Positions 1 to 10,724 of a stretch of 64,000 nucleotides of DNA are shown here, piece after piece (positions within the stretch are counted from its first letter, which is position 1; each line of letters opens with the position of its first letter). The notes beneath the pieces were generated by a model. The model did no database searches and was not told where the DNA came from. It worked only from the letters and a program-made list of their open reading frames with translations. Source of the DNA: Methanothrix sp. GTDB lineage: Archaea; Halobacteriota; Methanosarcinia; Methanotrichales; Methanotrichaceae. Location: NCBI GenBank assembly GCA_037128175.1, contig JBAXWY010000002.1:83539-147538 (forward strand). The letters run 5' to 3'. The translations under genes and the position numbers were made by a program.

Positions 1-49
1 GCTCCTTAGACTTTCCTATGAGCTTGAGCTTTTCCAGAAATCCAGCCAT
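1..49 (-). CDS. 5' end of a gene running off the window (MAGFLEKLKLIGKSKE...)
   Basis: ATG at 49 on the minus strand, open frame to the window edge, AT-rich TATA-like region upstream. Confidence 0.4.
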   Translation of the reverse strand, partial: MAGFLEKLKLIGKSKE

Positions 50-100
50 CTAAAAACCCCGCAAAGGAAATGTGTATTATTATATTTATATTTAACGGCA

Positions 101-295
101 TTACAGGTCCACGAGTTTTAATCCTACCAAGCCCATGGCCACCATGAATAGCAGGACGATCAGAGCAAAGCTCGACGACCTCAGCTCGGCGGGAAGGGTT
201 ATTTGTGCCCCCAAAATGAGAACAATCATCAGAAATACGAGGCCAGTACTGAGGCCAATCTCAAGCCAATTCTTCTTCACAAATGTACTGTCCAC
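101..295 (-). CDS. small membrane protein (2 TM helices)
   Basis: 64-aa ORF with two hydrophobic segments, 5 bp downstream of cofG. Confidence 0.7.
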   Translation of the reverse strand: MDSTFVKKNWLEIGLSTGLVFLMIVLILGAQITLPAELRSSSFALIVLLFMVAMGLVGLKLVDL

Positions 296-300
296 CCGCC

Positions 301-1302
301 TTAGAAGATATACTTTTTCACCCGAAGACCGTCCTCGCCCGCCAAGAAATCCACCAACGATCGGGTTTCATGGCCATGCCAGCCCATAGCAATAAAGCGG
401 GGATAAACGGGCAGCCTCTCTCTCAGGTTATAATCCGAGAGACGGTGGTGCAGCTCTTCTTCATCCGGCCAGGGCCTATCAGGATTTATGCCGTCCACAG
501 TAACAGGGCTAATTCCTCCCAGATCGGTTGCACCCGCGGCAAGCATGGGACGCGGGTCCACAAGGTTGGGAGGAACCTGGATTGCCACCTCAGGCGGAAG
601 GATCTCGCGCGCCGCTTCTACCGTTCGGCAGAGATCCATCATCTCTGGCCGGGGTGCATTCTCCAGAGCCGTTCCTGATTTGGGATCCAGCGGCTGGATG
701 ATGACCTCCTGAATATGACCGAAGACGCTATGCAGATGGGCAATTTTGCGGAGCGCGTCTTTCCGGTCCTGCTGGCTTTCGCCAATGCCCACCATTATGC
801 CAGTAGTGAAAGGAATATGCAGTCTTCCGGCCAGGGCCATGTACTGCAACCTTAAGTTTGGCCTCTTTCCCGGCGACTGTGCATGTGCATCCAGCAGGGC
901 AGTCGTCTCCAGCATCAGCCCCATAGAGGCGTTATACGGCTGCAAGCGCCGAAGATCTTCTTCTCCCAGCAGGCCGGCATTGCAATGAGGCAGCAGTCCA
1001 AACTCAAGGGCAAGCTCGCATAGCTCCACCAAATAGTCCATCAAATCCGCGACGCCGGCATTGGCCAGGATGCTCTCAAAGCCCGAGACCGTCCCGGGGC
1101 TCTCACCCATAGTAAAAAGCGCCTCGCTGCATCCACATAGAGCGCCCTGTTCCAGCAGATGCAGCGCGTTTGATCTGGAAATCAAATGAGCGTCTTTTGG
1201 TTCCTTTCGAAAAGAGCAGTAGCCGCAGCGATTCCTACAGAGGTTTGTTACGGGAATAAAAATATTTTTGGAGTAGGTGAGTGTTTTCATATTAAGATTC
1301 AT
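301..1302 (-). CDS. cofG: FO synthase subunit CofG (radical SAM)
   Basis: [21 protein letters not shown] radical-SAM motif; [10 protein letters not shown] and ERLPVYP motifs. Confidence 0.93.
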   Translation of the reverse strand: MNLNMKTLTYSKNIFIPVTNLCRNRCGYCSFRKEPKDAHLISRSNALHLLEQGALCGCSEALFTMGESPGTVSGFESILANAGVADLMDYLVELCELALEFGLLPHCNAGLLGEEDLRRLQPYNASMGLMLETTALLDAHAQSPGKRPNLRLQYMALAGRLHIPFTTGIMVGIGESQQDRKDALRKIAHLHSVFGHIQEVIIQPLDPKSGTALENAPRPEMMDLCRTVEAAREILPPEVAIQVPPNLVDPRPMLAAGATDLGGISPVTVDGINPDRPWPDEEELHHRLSDYNLRERLPVYPRFIAMGWHGHETRSLVDFLAGEDGLRVKKYIF

Positions 1303-1305
1303 AAC

Positions 1306-1755
1306 CTAACGACGAAACTCCACCAGCTTCAAGACATTTCCCAGCGGGCAGTCCTCGGGAGCCTCGCCCACTATATCCACAATAGTGCATCTTTCGCCAT
1401 CTTTCAGTCCCGATGGGTGGCACATATCATACATGCTGCATTCGGGATCATCGCATTTCATGGCTTCAAAGACGATCTTGGAACCGGGAAATGCTTTTCT
1501 GGCGTCAAAGGCCGCAATTATGGGGCTCTCCGCCACTTCAACCGCCCGCACTCCAGCCTCGTGGATAGGGCAATCATGAACCAGCTCCCCGCGGGTCCCC
1601 AATATCCTGTAGCGCCTGCTTGGCTCCAGGTTGATGCACGTGTTTCTAAGCTTACAGGTCTCGCATTCCGGTGTGGGGCCCACGAAGGTGAACTCCAGGC
1701 CAATGCTGGCAAGTTTCGTTCCAATCAGCGTAATTTGTGTGGATGCCTCGGACAT
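1306..1755 (-). CDS. UPF0179 family Cys-rich archaeal protein
   Basis: ITLIG...[10 protein letters not shown]...HDCPIH pattern; located between egsA and cofG. Confidence 0.85.
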   Translation of the reverse strand: MSEASTQITLIGTKLASIGLEFTFVGPTPECETCKLRNTCINLEPSRRYRILGTRGELVHDCPIHEAGVRAVEVAESPIIAAFDARKAFPGSKIVFEAMKCDDPECSMYDMCHPSGLKDGERCTIVDIVGEAPEDCPLGNVLKLVEFRR

Positions 1756-1789
1756 AGTTCATTCTCCTTTTTTCATGATTATTATTATT

Positions 1790-2839
1790 TTAGATTATTC
1801 CCGTCGCTTCAGCCGCTTTGGTCGCTGCCATTCGGTTCAGGCCAAAATCAAGAATGGTATAACGTTCCGGTCGAATCTCGTGGGCACGAACCAGGGCAGA
1901 GATCACGCTATCTGCATCCAAACCCGCTTCTGCCGCGGAGATGGGGGCGCCTACCATTGCCAGTGCCCTTTTTATATTCTTCCAGTCCCCGCCATGCAGA
2001 TACATCATCATAATGGTGCCCAGACCGCAAAGCTCGCCATGCAGAGCCTTTCCTGGAGCAATTTTGTTCATGGCATGAGCGAACTTGTGCTCCGAGCCGC
2101 TGGCTGGGCGCGACGATCCAGCTATGCTCATGGCCACTCCGCTGGATATCAGGGCTTTGATTACTATCCGGGCCGATTCCTCCAGGCCCGGCCGAATATC
2201 TGCCGCAAGCTCGACGATCATGCGCGCCGTCATGCCGGAGAGGGCAGCGGCATATTCACTGTACTCCTCATTATGAAGGCGATGGGCCAGTTGCCAGTCT
2301 AAAATGGCAGTGTAGTTGGAGATGATGTCGCCGCATCCGGCAGCCAGTAGCCGCGCCGGAGCCTGGGATATTATCTTGCTGTCGGCAACAATGGCCAGCG
2401 GGGAATGCGCTTTGATGGAAGTGGTCTCCCCGTTGACCGTCAAGGAGGCCTGAGAGGAGCAGATGCCGTCATGCGAAGCGGCCGTGGGCACAGACAAAAA
2501 CGGCACACAAACACCAAGTGATGCGAGCTTGGCAATGTCTATCGATCTGCCGCCTCCGGCACCGATAAGAAAACCTGCCCCCATCTCCCGCGCCAAACGC
2601 TCTGCGCGATCTACCTCTTCCAGCTTGGAGGCGCTGCAAATAAGGGTCTCTGGTTCGTATCCGCCGTCATCTAAGAGCTCAAAGATGGCCTTTCCCATCA
2701 CGTCCTGGGTACGCGGGCCAGTGATGATAAGAGCACGCCCTTGCAACTGCAGACTGGTGCAGATCTCGGATAGCTCCAGTATCACGCCACTACCTACCGC
2801 TACGATGCGCGGGAGTTCCATCCACCTAGATCCGACCAT
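1790..2839 (-). CDS. egsA: sn-glycerol-1-phosphate dehydrogenase
   Basis: GGGRSID, PTAASHDG, SRPASGSEH and LHGE motifs; start moved to MVGSRW. Confidence 0.93.
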   Translation of the reverse strand: MVGSRWMELPRIVAVGSGVILELSEICTSLQLQGRALIITGPRTQDVMGKAIFELLDDGGYEPETLICSASKLEEVDRAERLAREMGAGFLIGAGGGRSIDIAKLASLGVCVPFLSVPTAASHDGICSSQASLTVNGETTSIKAHSPLAIVADSKIISQAPARLLAAGCGDIISNYTAILDWQLAHRLHNEEYSEYAAALSGMTARMIVELAADIRPGLEESARIVIKALISSGVAMSIAGSSRPASGSEHKFAHAMNKIAPGKALHGELCGLGTIMMMYLHGGDWKNIKRALAMVGAPISAAEAGLDADSVISALVRAHEIRPERYTILDFGLNRMAATKAAEATGII

Positions 2840-2896
2840 TGCCTTCTCACCAGCGAAAAACAGGCTAAGATGCATGTGGTCTATGGCGATATAAAA

Positions 2897-3664
2897 TCAT
2901 ATCCTTAACAAGTCACTATTCTCAGAACGTAGGTCGCAGAGTATGCGATCCCTTATAAGATTGACCTCGGAGCTGGTTCTGTTGCGGGGGCGGGGAAGTG
3001 GTATCTCAATGATATCCTTGATTCTCCCCGGCCGGGCGGACATGATCACGATGCGATCCGCGAGGTATATGGCCTCGTCAACGCTGTGGGTGACAAAGAC
3101 AACCGTTTTTCTCTCCTCGTGCCAGATGCGCAGAAGTTCGGACTGCATGATGTTGCGCGTCTGGGCGTCCAGGGCTCCAAAGGGCTCATCCATGAGCAGA
3201 GCCTTAGGATGATTGACCAAGGCACGAGCGATGGCCACCCGCTGTTTCATGCCTCCAGACAACTCATGCGGATAGCGCGTCTCAAAACGCTCCAGGCCCA
3301 CCATTCTTAGGTACTGCCTGCCCTGAGCAAGTCGCTCCGCAGAGGGTACGCCTTTCAATTCCAGGCCGAAGACGATGTTATCGATGACCGTTCGCCAGGG
3401 AAATAACGAGTACTCCTGGAAGACCATACCTCTCTCCGGTCCGGGGCCTATTATGGGTTCGCCATGAAGAGTTACAGTGCCACTCGTCGCCTCCTCAAGG
3501 CCCGCGACTATACGTAACAACGTGGTCTTGCCGCAGCCAGAGGGGCCGATGAAGCAAACGAACTCATTTTCCTCTATTTTCAGGTTGACATCCTGCAGAG
3601 CTACCATCTCTTTTCCGTCCGCGAAAAATTGCTTGGATACGCCCTTGATCTCCAGCAGAGCCAT
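2897..3664 (-). CDS. ABC transporter ATP-binding protein, nitrate/sulfonate/taurine type
   Basis: GPSGCGKT Walker A, LSGGMKQR signature, [19 protein letters not shown]. Confidence 0.9.
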   Translation of the reverse strand: MALLEIKGVSKQFFADGKEMVALQDVNLKIEENEFVCFIGPSGCGKTTLLRIVAGLEEATSGTVTLHGEPIIGPGPERGMVFQEYSLFPWRTVIDNIVFGLELKGVPSAERLAQGRQYLRMVGLERFETRYPHELSGGMKQRVAIARALVNHPKALLMDEPFGALDAQTRNIMQSELLRIWHEERKTVVFVTHSVDEAIYLADRIVIMSARPGRIKDIIEIPLPRPRNRTSSEVNLIRDRILCDLRSENSDLLRI

Positions 3665-3778
3665 TCAATTCGTGGTATCGCGGCGGGTAGGTATAGATCT
3701 TTCCGTTCAGGAAGATTTTGGGAGGTGCGTGTTGCCAAGCACACTATTCTGACCGTCCTGAATATGCGGCGAGGTCGC

Positions 3779-6067
3779 TTACCCTTTGTAGTCCCCGCTC
3801 ACCAGCTCGCGAATGCGCTGTGCGATCTTGGGCCCCACCAGTTCTACCTCTTGCAGCTGCGAAGATGAAGCCGTCATGATCTTCTCGACGGATCCGAAGT
3901 GCTTGAGCAGGTTCTTGGCTACCGTTGGCCCCACGCTGGAAATGGCCGATATCAAGTACTCTTGCTGCTCTTTAAGCGTCCTGGCGGTCTTGTGGCCGTG
4001 CAACTTAGGCTCGCGCCCCTCCCGCAACTCTCTATGGGCCAGCAGGGCAATAACCGCGACCGTTTCGTTCCGGTCTTCCGTGGGAATGATGGGGACGCCA
4101 TAGTCCACAGCCACGGAAATCATTGCTCCGCGAATAGATCCGGCATTCATCTGCGTGGTGTAAAGATCCCTGCCCTCTAAAATCAAAACCGGCCGCTCGT
4201 AAGTCCTGGCCAAATCCGCAATCTGCCGAAATAAGTTTCTCTCTGGATCGATAATCGAAGATACAAAATCATGTGCCGTTTTGCGTTCGATGGCCACCCG
4301 ATCGCTGACCACATAGTCTCCCACCTCCAGATTCTTGACGGTGACTTCGAGGCCCAGAGACTCCAGAAGCTTTGCCATCTCCCTCTCCCTTGAGTCCACA
4401 AAAATTTTTGCCGGAATTTTGCCGGGCTCTTCCGAGTCCGTTTGCTCTTTTTGCACATCTCTTTCATCCATCTTTGCAGGATGGGCCGGATCCTGGGTTA
4501 TCTGCATCTGACGGGGCAAAAACTCCTTCTGCATAGATTCCATAGGTTGATCGCTCAGATCCCGTATCTGCCGGTTCATGTTCTTTTCTTTGCGCTCCGA
4601 TATCCAGTGATAGGCCTCATCGCGCGTACCTTTGGCCATTAATACTACTACTCTGCCAGCTCTTGCCCTGCCGGTCCTGCCTTTGCGCTGAATGCTGCGA
4701 ATCTCGGAGGGCACCGGCTCATAAAAGAGAACCAGATCCGTGGCAGGAATATCGATTCCTTCCTCCCCCACCGAGGTGGCAATGAGGACATTGTAGTCGC
4801 CTGCCCGAAATTTCTGCAGAATCTCGGCTTGCTTTTTTTGGCTGAGGCCTTGATCATTATCGCGGCTGGACTGGCCCACGAATCGCACGGCCCGAATGGC
4901 GGGATCATCTTTCAGGAACGAGAGAAGAGATGTGGCTGTGTCCCGATAGTTAGTAAAGACCATGATGAGAGACTCTGGCTTCGCAGCAATCTGCTCCAGT
5001 AGTATCCTCTTTACGGCGGCAGGCTTAGGATGCTCCACCTTCAGGCTATGCAGGGCATCTACAACCTGCCGGAATCCGGGGTCCTGCATTATCCGGCGGG
5101 AAGCTTTGGAACCGCTACGCGAGAGGGCTTCGCCTTCTAGCCTTTGAAAATATCTGGCCAATGCATCCGGTCCCTGCGTCTCCGCCAGCTCAACGGCATG
5201 ATGCAATTTGAGAATCTCGGCCATGAGAGAAATGGCCGCAAATGTAGATTTATTTGCATGCGTCTTGGCCGAGGACATGAGGGTAGCTTGCAGCCCTAGA
5301 AGCTCTTTCTTAGAGGACTTGGATTCGATTCTGACCGGACTGATGCCTAAAAGGTTCAGATCATCGATTCTGCGGCTGAGGAGCTCCTCGATGGCGGATC
5401 GGATAAGCAGAAGCTCTTTGGGAACGGTAAGCTTCACCCACTCGATCTCCCGCTCGTGAACAAATGGGGCGACATCAGGATCATTTTCCGTGCGGGTCTG
5501 GATCTTCTCAATGGATAGGTTGGTGCATATCTCGGCGATCTTCTCGCTCTGGCTGCCCGGGCTGGCGGTAATCCCCAGGACCAGCGGGCTTTTCGCCTCG
5601 CGATGATAGCGATCGGCGATATAAACATAAGCATAGCCTCCCACTGCTCGGTGCGCCTCGTCGAATATCACCAGGGATACATCCTTAAGATCGATCCTTC
5701 GAGAGAGAAGATCGTTTTCTATCACCTGTGGAGTGGATACAACGATGCGGCTTTTCTCCCAGGATTCGATTCTTTTTTCCGGAGAATTCTCCCCCGTCAT
5801 CATGGTGACGATATCTCTGTCTTTGAGCACACGCTGCAAGAAAACAGCATGCTGCTCCACCAGTGGCTTGGTAGGAGCCAGGAAAAGAACCCTGCCCTTA
5901 TCCATTCGAGCCAGCAACACCATGAGTGCTATGACGGTCTTGCCCAGACCCGTAGGTACTACAATAAGACTGGAGGCCGTGAGAGCCGTGGCGGCCAAAT
6001 CCAACTGGAATAGCCGCTTTTCTACGGTTTGCGGCAACAGATGCGGATGCTCCAGGTAGGAGGACAT
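3779..6067 (-). CDS. hef: Hef helicase/ERCC4 nuclease
   Basis: PTGLGKT, DEAH and QRKGRTGR SF2 motifs; C-terminal VDSRE...GDY...ERK ERCC4 domain and HhH pair; start moved to MSSYL. Confidence 0.93.
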   Translation of the reverse strand: MSSYLEHPHLLPQTVEKRLFQLDLAATALTASSLIVVPTGLGKTVIALMVLLARMDKGRVLFLAPTKPLVEQHAVFLQRVLKDRDIVTMMTGENSPEKRIESWEKSRIVVSTPQVIENDLLSRRIDLKDVSLVIFDEAHRAVGGYAYVYIADRYHREAKSPLVLGITASPGSQSEKIAEICTNLSIEKIQTRTENDPDVAPFVHEREIEWVKLTVPKELLLIRSAIEELLSRRIDDLNLLGISPVRIESKSSKKELLGLQATLMSSAKTHANKSTFAAISLMAEILKLHHAVELAETQGPDALARYFQRLEGEALSRSGSKASRRIMQDPGFRQVVDALHSLKVEHPKPAAVKRILLEQIAAKPESLIMVFTNYRDTATSLLSFLKDDPAIRAVRFVGQSSRDNDQGLSQKKQAEILQKFRAGDYNVLIATSVGEEGIDIPATDLVLFYEPVPSEIRSIQRKGRTGRARAGRVVVLMAKGTRDEAYHWISERKEKNMNRQIRDLSDQPMESMQKEFLPRQMQITQDPAHPAKMDERDVQKEQTDSEEPGKIPAKIFVDSREREMAKLLESLGLEVTVKNLEVGDYVVSDRVAIERKTAHDFVSSIIDPERNLFRQIADLARTYERPVLILEGRDLYTTQMNAGSIRGAMISVAVDYGVPIIPTEDRNETVAVIALLAHRELREGREPKLHGHKTARTLKEQQEYLISAISSVGPTVAKNLLKHFGSVEKIMTASSSQLQEVELVGPKIAQRIRELVSGDYKG

Positions 6068-6340
6068 AACTGATCCAATGCTCTCTTGTTGTATTTGATT
6101 CCATTGTATTAGATCTATTGATGCGCATTTATTATTCATATTATATCATTTTTACGATACTTATCCCCCCAGGCTTTTGAAACTAGTTATGGGATCTGAA
6201 AGTAGGTCGCCCCAATCTAGGCTGTTTTGAAGGATAAATTTATATAATATAAAAGTAAGATATTGATAGAAAGCTAAATTTCGCTTATTTAGCGAAATAG
6301 CTCAAATTAATCGCTTAAAAAAAAGGGGGCGAAAAGAAAA

Positions 6341-7138
6341 ATGAAGGGAGTAATAGTAATAGTAGTTGTGTTGGCAATTGCCCTAATCGGAGGTTGCAAC
6401 ACCGCGCTAGCTAATCCACCACTGGTGCCACCAGTTCAGTATGAACAGTTCTGTGAAGCACAAAAAGTGTCTGGAACGGGAATTATCGATGTCAGCACAT
6501 CGATAATCGATAAAAAGATCGCACTTGAATACTACAACACCATGGCAGGCGACGGCGACTTGGAGCTAGACTCTGAGCATGCTTACTCTCAGGATGCTGA
6601 GAAGCTCAACAGGAATATAAGCTCAGTAAACGGCGGCAACAAGTCTGCCCTTAACCTCTACGAGACCACTAAACTGACATATGCAGGTGAGACGCCCCTG
6701 ACCGGCGGCAAGTACCTGCATTCCAAGGCATTCTACGGCGGCATCGGCGCTGATGTTCAGGAGATGTTCTCCGTAAACGAGATGGAAAAGGATGAAACCG
6801 CATTCTTTGCCTCTACGACGCCTTATCAGCCCCGGAATGTCAGCCCGGAGGACTTGATCAAGAAGCTCAAGGAAGCAGGAAGAAACACCAAGGAGGTCGA
6901 AGATCTCATGACGGCTAGCAATGGTATCTATGTTCCGTCCCACCTCATCGGCCTTGAGACCAAGAACTCCTTCAATGGTACCTGGGGTACCGATGCCAAG
7001 TGGCACAAGATATTCTACAAGGATATCAAGGCCCACGAAATGTTCACAGGAACCTTCGAGGCCGAGAAGCTCATCAAGTTCCATGAGAATCCCGTGCCCG
7101 ACAAAATCCAAGCGCCCTGTGATGGCATTGACTGCTAG
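6341..7138 (+). CDS. secreted hypothetical protein
   Basis: N-terminal signal peptide, gene-like codon usage, upstream TTTATATA box. Confidence 0.8.
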   Translation: MKGVIVIVVVLAIALIGGCNTALANPPLVPPVQYEQFCEAQKVSGTGIIDVSTSIIDKKIALEYYNTMAGDGDLELDSEHAYSQDAEKLNRNISSVNGGNKSALNLYETTKLTYAGETPLTGGKYLHSKAFYGGIGADVQEMFSVNEMEKDETAFFASTTPYQPRNVSPEDLIKKLKEAGRNTKEVEDLMTASNGIYVPSHLIGLETKNSFNGTWGTDAKWHKIFYKDIKAHEMFTGTFEAEKLIKFHENPVPDKIQAPCDGIDC

Positions 7139-7406
7139 GGAAACCTGGCAGCAAACCTATTTTTTGATCCGCTTATAGAGTCGGATTTCCAGGCGTTCTA
7201 ATTGATTGAATAATATAAATATAATCCACCAGCGAATAGGAAATCTCTATAGGCCATCCTCTCATGGCGATATATAGAATTAGATCCCAATAGATTCGAC
7301 CCAGAAAGAAGAGGCTCTTAGAAAGCAAAAGGAATAAATGGTTAAAGCTCACCTACCTGAAAAAGGGGTCTGATTGAGTACCCTTTTGAGAATGGAGGTT
7401 CATGAA

Positions 7407-7814
7407 ATGAAGTTGATTCTTACATTATTCGTCGTCACGGTTCTTCTGGCAAGCGTTGCCGTCACGGCCAGCGCTGCCGATGTTCTGGATTTGAGCACAT
7501 TAGGAAAAAAACCGAGCATAGAGGCCGTTTCTCTGCCCAGGCTCTCACCCACAATGCCGACTATTGCCGCAACCTCTCTGGGGGGCAACCTGAATAGCAA
7601 TGTGCTCGATCTCAGCACCCTGGGAAAGAAAGCACTGCTCAATGTGAACACGACCATGATCAAGGATGCATCTCCGGTTACAATCACACCCATGTTCGCC
7701 ATTAAGAATACCAATGTAACCAACCAGGCCGGATCTGTCATTACCCTGCCCCAGGCAATTTCTGCCAACCCCTCCGTCTACACCCCGCCCATTGCCATCT
7801 TTGGCGGAGCTTAA
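7407..7814 (+). CDS. secreted protein with a duplicated VLDLSTLGKK motif
   Basis: GGAGGT RBS before ATG 7407, signal peptide, internal repeat. Confidence 0.7.
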   Translation: MKLILTLFVVTVLLASVAVTASAADVLDLSTLGKKPSIEAVSLPRLSPTMPTIAATSLGGNLNSNVLDLSTLGKKALLNVNTTMIKDASPVTITPMFAIKNTNVTNQAGSVITLPQAISANPSVYTPPIAIFGGA

Positions 7815-7825
7815 AGAGGAAGAAA

Positions 7826-7975
7826 ATGGATGTTTCGCTGAAAGTGGATGGAATGGCGGTTGATTTAAATGCCTTCACGAAAGAGATCATCGGCAATGTG
7901 GCAGTAGCTATGGCCGAGTCTCTGCGTGGAGTGGGCCAGGACTGGAAAGGAATTGAGATCAGAATAGATAAGTGA
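7826..7975 (+). CDS. 49-aa small protein missing from the ORF track (MDVSLKVDGMAVDLNAFTKEIIGNVAVAMAESLRGVGQDWKGIEIRIDK)
   Basis: translated by hand; AGAGGA upstream; fills the gap exactly; resembles the small C-terminal domain of MobB-like proteins. Confidence 0.7.
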   Translation: MDVSLKVDGMAVDLNAFTKEIIGNVAVAMAESLRGVGQDWKGIEIRIDK

Positions 7976-7983
7976 TTTAACTC

Positions 7984-8457
7984 TCAATCCTTCTTGCCTT
8001 TTTTAAAGACAGATGCGAGATCAATAAAATAAGTGCCTTCCTTGACCGCCATAATCAGTTCATCCCTCTCGAATAGAGACGGCAGATTCAGCTCGTAGGT
8101 GCCAGGTGCCGTTATCTTGACGCTCTCCAAAGTCTTCTCATCACTTTGATGGATATCATCGATTTTTTTCTTGACCGGGATGCAAAGCGTCGGAGAAGCG
8201 GTTGCAGCAGGAGCGGTTTTTTGCGAAGCCTGCATCACCTCATCTATTGCCATCGACTCTTTTTCCCTTCTCCCGGGAGGTATCCGTACACCCATAGCCC
8301 GATTTATGATGGACTTTGGCTGTAGCACCTCTGCCTTCTGATCCTGCTGCTCTTTTTTCACGAACATGAACTTCTTCCAGCCGCAATTGGGGCAGCCCTT
8401 CAGGATATCCTCCCCTAAGTCGAAGACATTGCTACAACGGGTACATATATGGGGCAT
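7984..8457 (-). CDS. oapC: Zn-ribbon protein, OapC/DUF2072-like
   Basis: MPHICTRC...GCPNCG N-terminus and ESVKITAPGTYELNL C-terminal motif. Confidence 0.85.
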   Translation of the reverse strand: MPHICTRCSNVFDLGEDILKGCPNCGWKKFMFVKKEQQDQKAEVLQPKSIINRAMGVRIPPGRREKESMAIDEVMQASQKTAPAATASPTLCIPVKKKIDDIHQSDEKTLESVKITAPGTYELNLPSLFERDELIMAVKEGTYFIDLASVFKKGKKD

Positions 8458-8826
8458 CTAGTCCCCCACGGAGACCTTGGTGCTGATCTGATATTTGTCT
8501 TTCTCAATGGTGCGTAGCTGGTTGGCAGGACCGATGACCGTCATCCTGCCCTTAAGAGCTCTGCCAAATATCTTGTCCAAAAACGATCCTTCCTTCTTGG
8601 AAGGGTAGCTCTCTATCTCTATTCCTGAGAACTCGTCCACCCGAATCTCGGTCATGGTCATCTCGATGAGGCGCACCTCCTCATCAGAGGTCAGGCCGCA
8701 CTCTAAAACCACAATCTTGCCGTTCTTGACCTTGTCCAGGATGAGCCGAATCTTCTCCATGGAGGTCATTTTCTCCAGCTTCTCCCCGGAGATGAGGTCC
8801 ATTTGCACTTCTCTCATCAAGATCAC
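8458..8826 (-). CDS. oapB: DUF2073/OapB family protein
   Basis: [12 protein letters not shown]...[10 protein letters not shown]...TVIGPA motifs. Confidence 0.85.
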   Translation of the reverse strand: MILMREVQMDLISGEKLEKMTSMEKIRLILDKVKNGKIVVLECGLTSDEEVRLIEMTMTEIRVDEFSGIEIESYPSKKEGSFLDKIFGRALKGRMTVIGPANQLRTIEKDKYQISTKVSVGD

Positions 8827-9461
8827 CCAAAATGAGCTGCTATCGCCTGATAAAGGTTATCTATATTCGATCCTTCCAGGGCGGAGATGGGCACCATGGC
8901 ATGCTGAGGGAAAGCTGCCTTAATTCTGGCCGGCGAGGCGTTGGGCAGATCCATCTTATTGGCCACAATGAGGAGGGGAAGCTTCCGGGCTTCCATGTTT
9001 CCAATCACTACCACATTGACCTGAGTATAAGGATCCTCGGTTGAGTCCATAACTAATAGCACGCCGTCCAGGTCATCCAGCCATTTGATAGCTTCAATGA
9101 CGCCTTCCGTAGCTTCCTTGGCCCTCTTCTTAGACTCGACCTCAGAAAGGCCATAGATCATGAACTCCTTGAAATCGACCTTTGTGGCCATGCCTGGTGT
9201 ATCGACTATATCCAGCTCGATGCTCGATCCGTTGGCGTTGATCACCACGCCCTCCTTTCTCATGGCCCTGCGAGTCTCATGTGGAATAGGGGAAGCCTCT
9301 CCAAAGCTCTCTCCCTCACTCCAGTCGTGCAGAATCCGGTTGGCCAGTGTAGTCTTTCCGGCATTAGGCGGGCCGTAAAGTCCGATCTTGGCCCTCTTCT
9401 TTTTAAATATCCTGTTTATCCAGGTCCCAAGGCTCTCCTTGAGGCTACTGATGATACCCAT
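8823..9461 (-). CDS. oapA: Era-like small GTPase, OapA-like
   Basis: [16 protein letters not shown] and SAL G-motifs; first gene of the trio. Confidence 0.87.
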   Translation of the reverse strand: MGIISSLKESLGTWINRIFKKKRAKIGLYGPPNAGKTTLANRILHDWSEGESFGEASPIPHETRRAMRKEGVVINANGSSIELDIVDTPGMATKVDFKEFMIYGLSEVESKKRAKEATEGVIEAIKWLDDLDGVLLVMDSTEDPYTQVNVVVIGNMEARKLPLLIVANKMDLPNASPARIKAAFPQHAMVPISALEGSNIDNLYQAIAAHFG

Positions 9462-9532
9462 GTCTTACCTCAGAGATGATAAGCGCATATCTCTACTAAT
9501 AATTTTCCATGGAAAAAATTAAAAAAAATGCC

Positions 9533-10627
9533 TTAGCCAAAGATTTCCTGGGCCGGGCAATGGCAGACGAATCCCTCGAACTGCCCAGAGCTACGTAGAG
9601 CCTTCCAGGCATCTTTCAGGGAAGAGTCCTTGATATTGGCATAGCTCTCCTGCAAATAGGGACAGGCCCTGACGCTGCCGTCAACCGCCACATGCATCCA
9701 CCTTCTCCCAGCCATGCAGCCCAGCAATTGGCCCTCAAAATAGGTATTGGCAAAAAGCCGCGGGCCGCCCGGCGTGGAGTTGATCTTCTTGTAGAGGTCT
9801 ATGATCTTCTCCTTCTCAATCAATGTCAGCTTTTCCTCAGGAGTCCTCGGCATGCCCTCCCAGATGGACAGCTCCTGCACCCCCAATTTTGCAGCCAAAT
9901 CGTAGAGATCCGAGATCCTGTCCACCTGACCGGCCTTTATATGACAGGACATAGTTACCATCAATCCCGTCTGTAGAGCGATCTGTATGGCTTCTATTGC
10001 CTTGGCATGAGCCCCTACTACCCCCCTCACCAGGTCGTGCTCCTCGGGATTGGTGCTGTAAACGCCAATGACGAGATTATAAAGCCCGGCTTCTCTGAGC
10101 TTGACCGCCTTCTCTACGGTCATGTCCAGACCCGGCGTGAAGAGGTTGACTACGGCCTTCTCCGGATCGACGTGCTTTATCAGTTCGTTGATATCCTCTC
10201 GCAAAAGGGGATCGCCTTCGGTAAAGGTGACGATGCAGGTGCCCATATCCAGGGCCTGGTCGATGGTGCGCAAAATGTCCTCGCGGGAGAGCTCTCCCTC
10301 GCCCTCTTTTATCAGGCAGTGGTCGCATTTTGCCCCGCAGCGTCTTGTAACCTCGATGGAGAGAGTCTGAGGCACCGGCCGGCCTATCGCTGCCCGTGCT
10401 TCATTGACCAGAAGCCTCCGGAAGGGGCCGCTGGGAATGGGCGGAAGCCATGTACAGGCAACGATATCCTTCAGCCTGACCTGAGCAGGCTTTTCTTCCG
10501 CCAGCCTCTGGTTTATCATCTTCAAAACCGGCTGGATCATCCGTGCCAGAGCGCCCGATGCCTGCAGGGCTCGAAGATCCCGATCATAGTCCACAGATAG
10601 CGCGGCCGTCTTGATAAGCTGGGTCAT
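9533..10627 (-). CDS. radical SAM/SPASM domain protein
   Basis: CGAKCDHC motif, EGDP, C-terminal CMAGRR...G.VRACP SPASM-like cysteines. Confidence 0.85.
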   Translation of the reverse strand: MTQLIKTAALSVDYDRDLRALQASGALARMIQPVLKMINQRLAEEKPAQVRLKDIVACTWLPPIPSGPFRRLLVNEARAAIGRPVPQTLSIEVTRRCGAKCDHCLIKEGEGELSREDILRTIDQALDMGTCIVTFTEGDPLLREDINELIKHVDPEKAVVNLFTPGLDMTVEKAVKLREAGLYNLVIGVYSTNPEEHDLVRGVVGAHAKAIEAIQIALQTGLMVTMSCHIKAGQVDRISDLYDLAAKLGVQELSIWEGMPRTPEEKLTLIEKEKIIDLYKKINSTPGGPRLFANTYFEGQLLGCMAGRRWMHVAVDGSVRACPYLQESYANIKDSSLKDAWKALRSSGQFEGFVCHCPAQEIFG

Positions 10628-10724
10628 TATGCTCCTACTTTTTCGTGGCAGTTATAGAGTTATCGCTACAGGAAGAGATAAGGTTAAATTGACCTTGCCT
10701 CTTGTACGAAAGTGGTGTTGCGAA

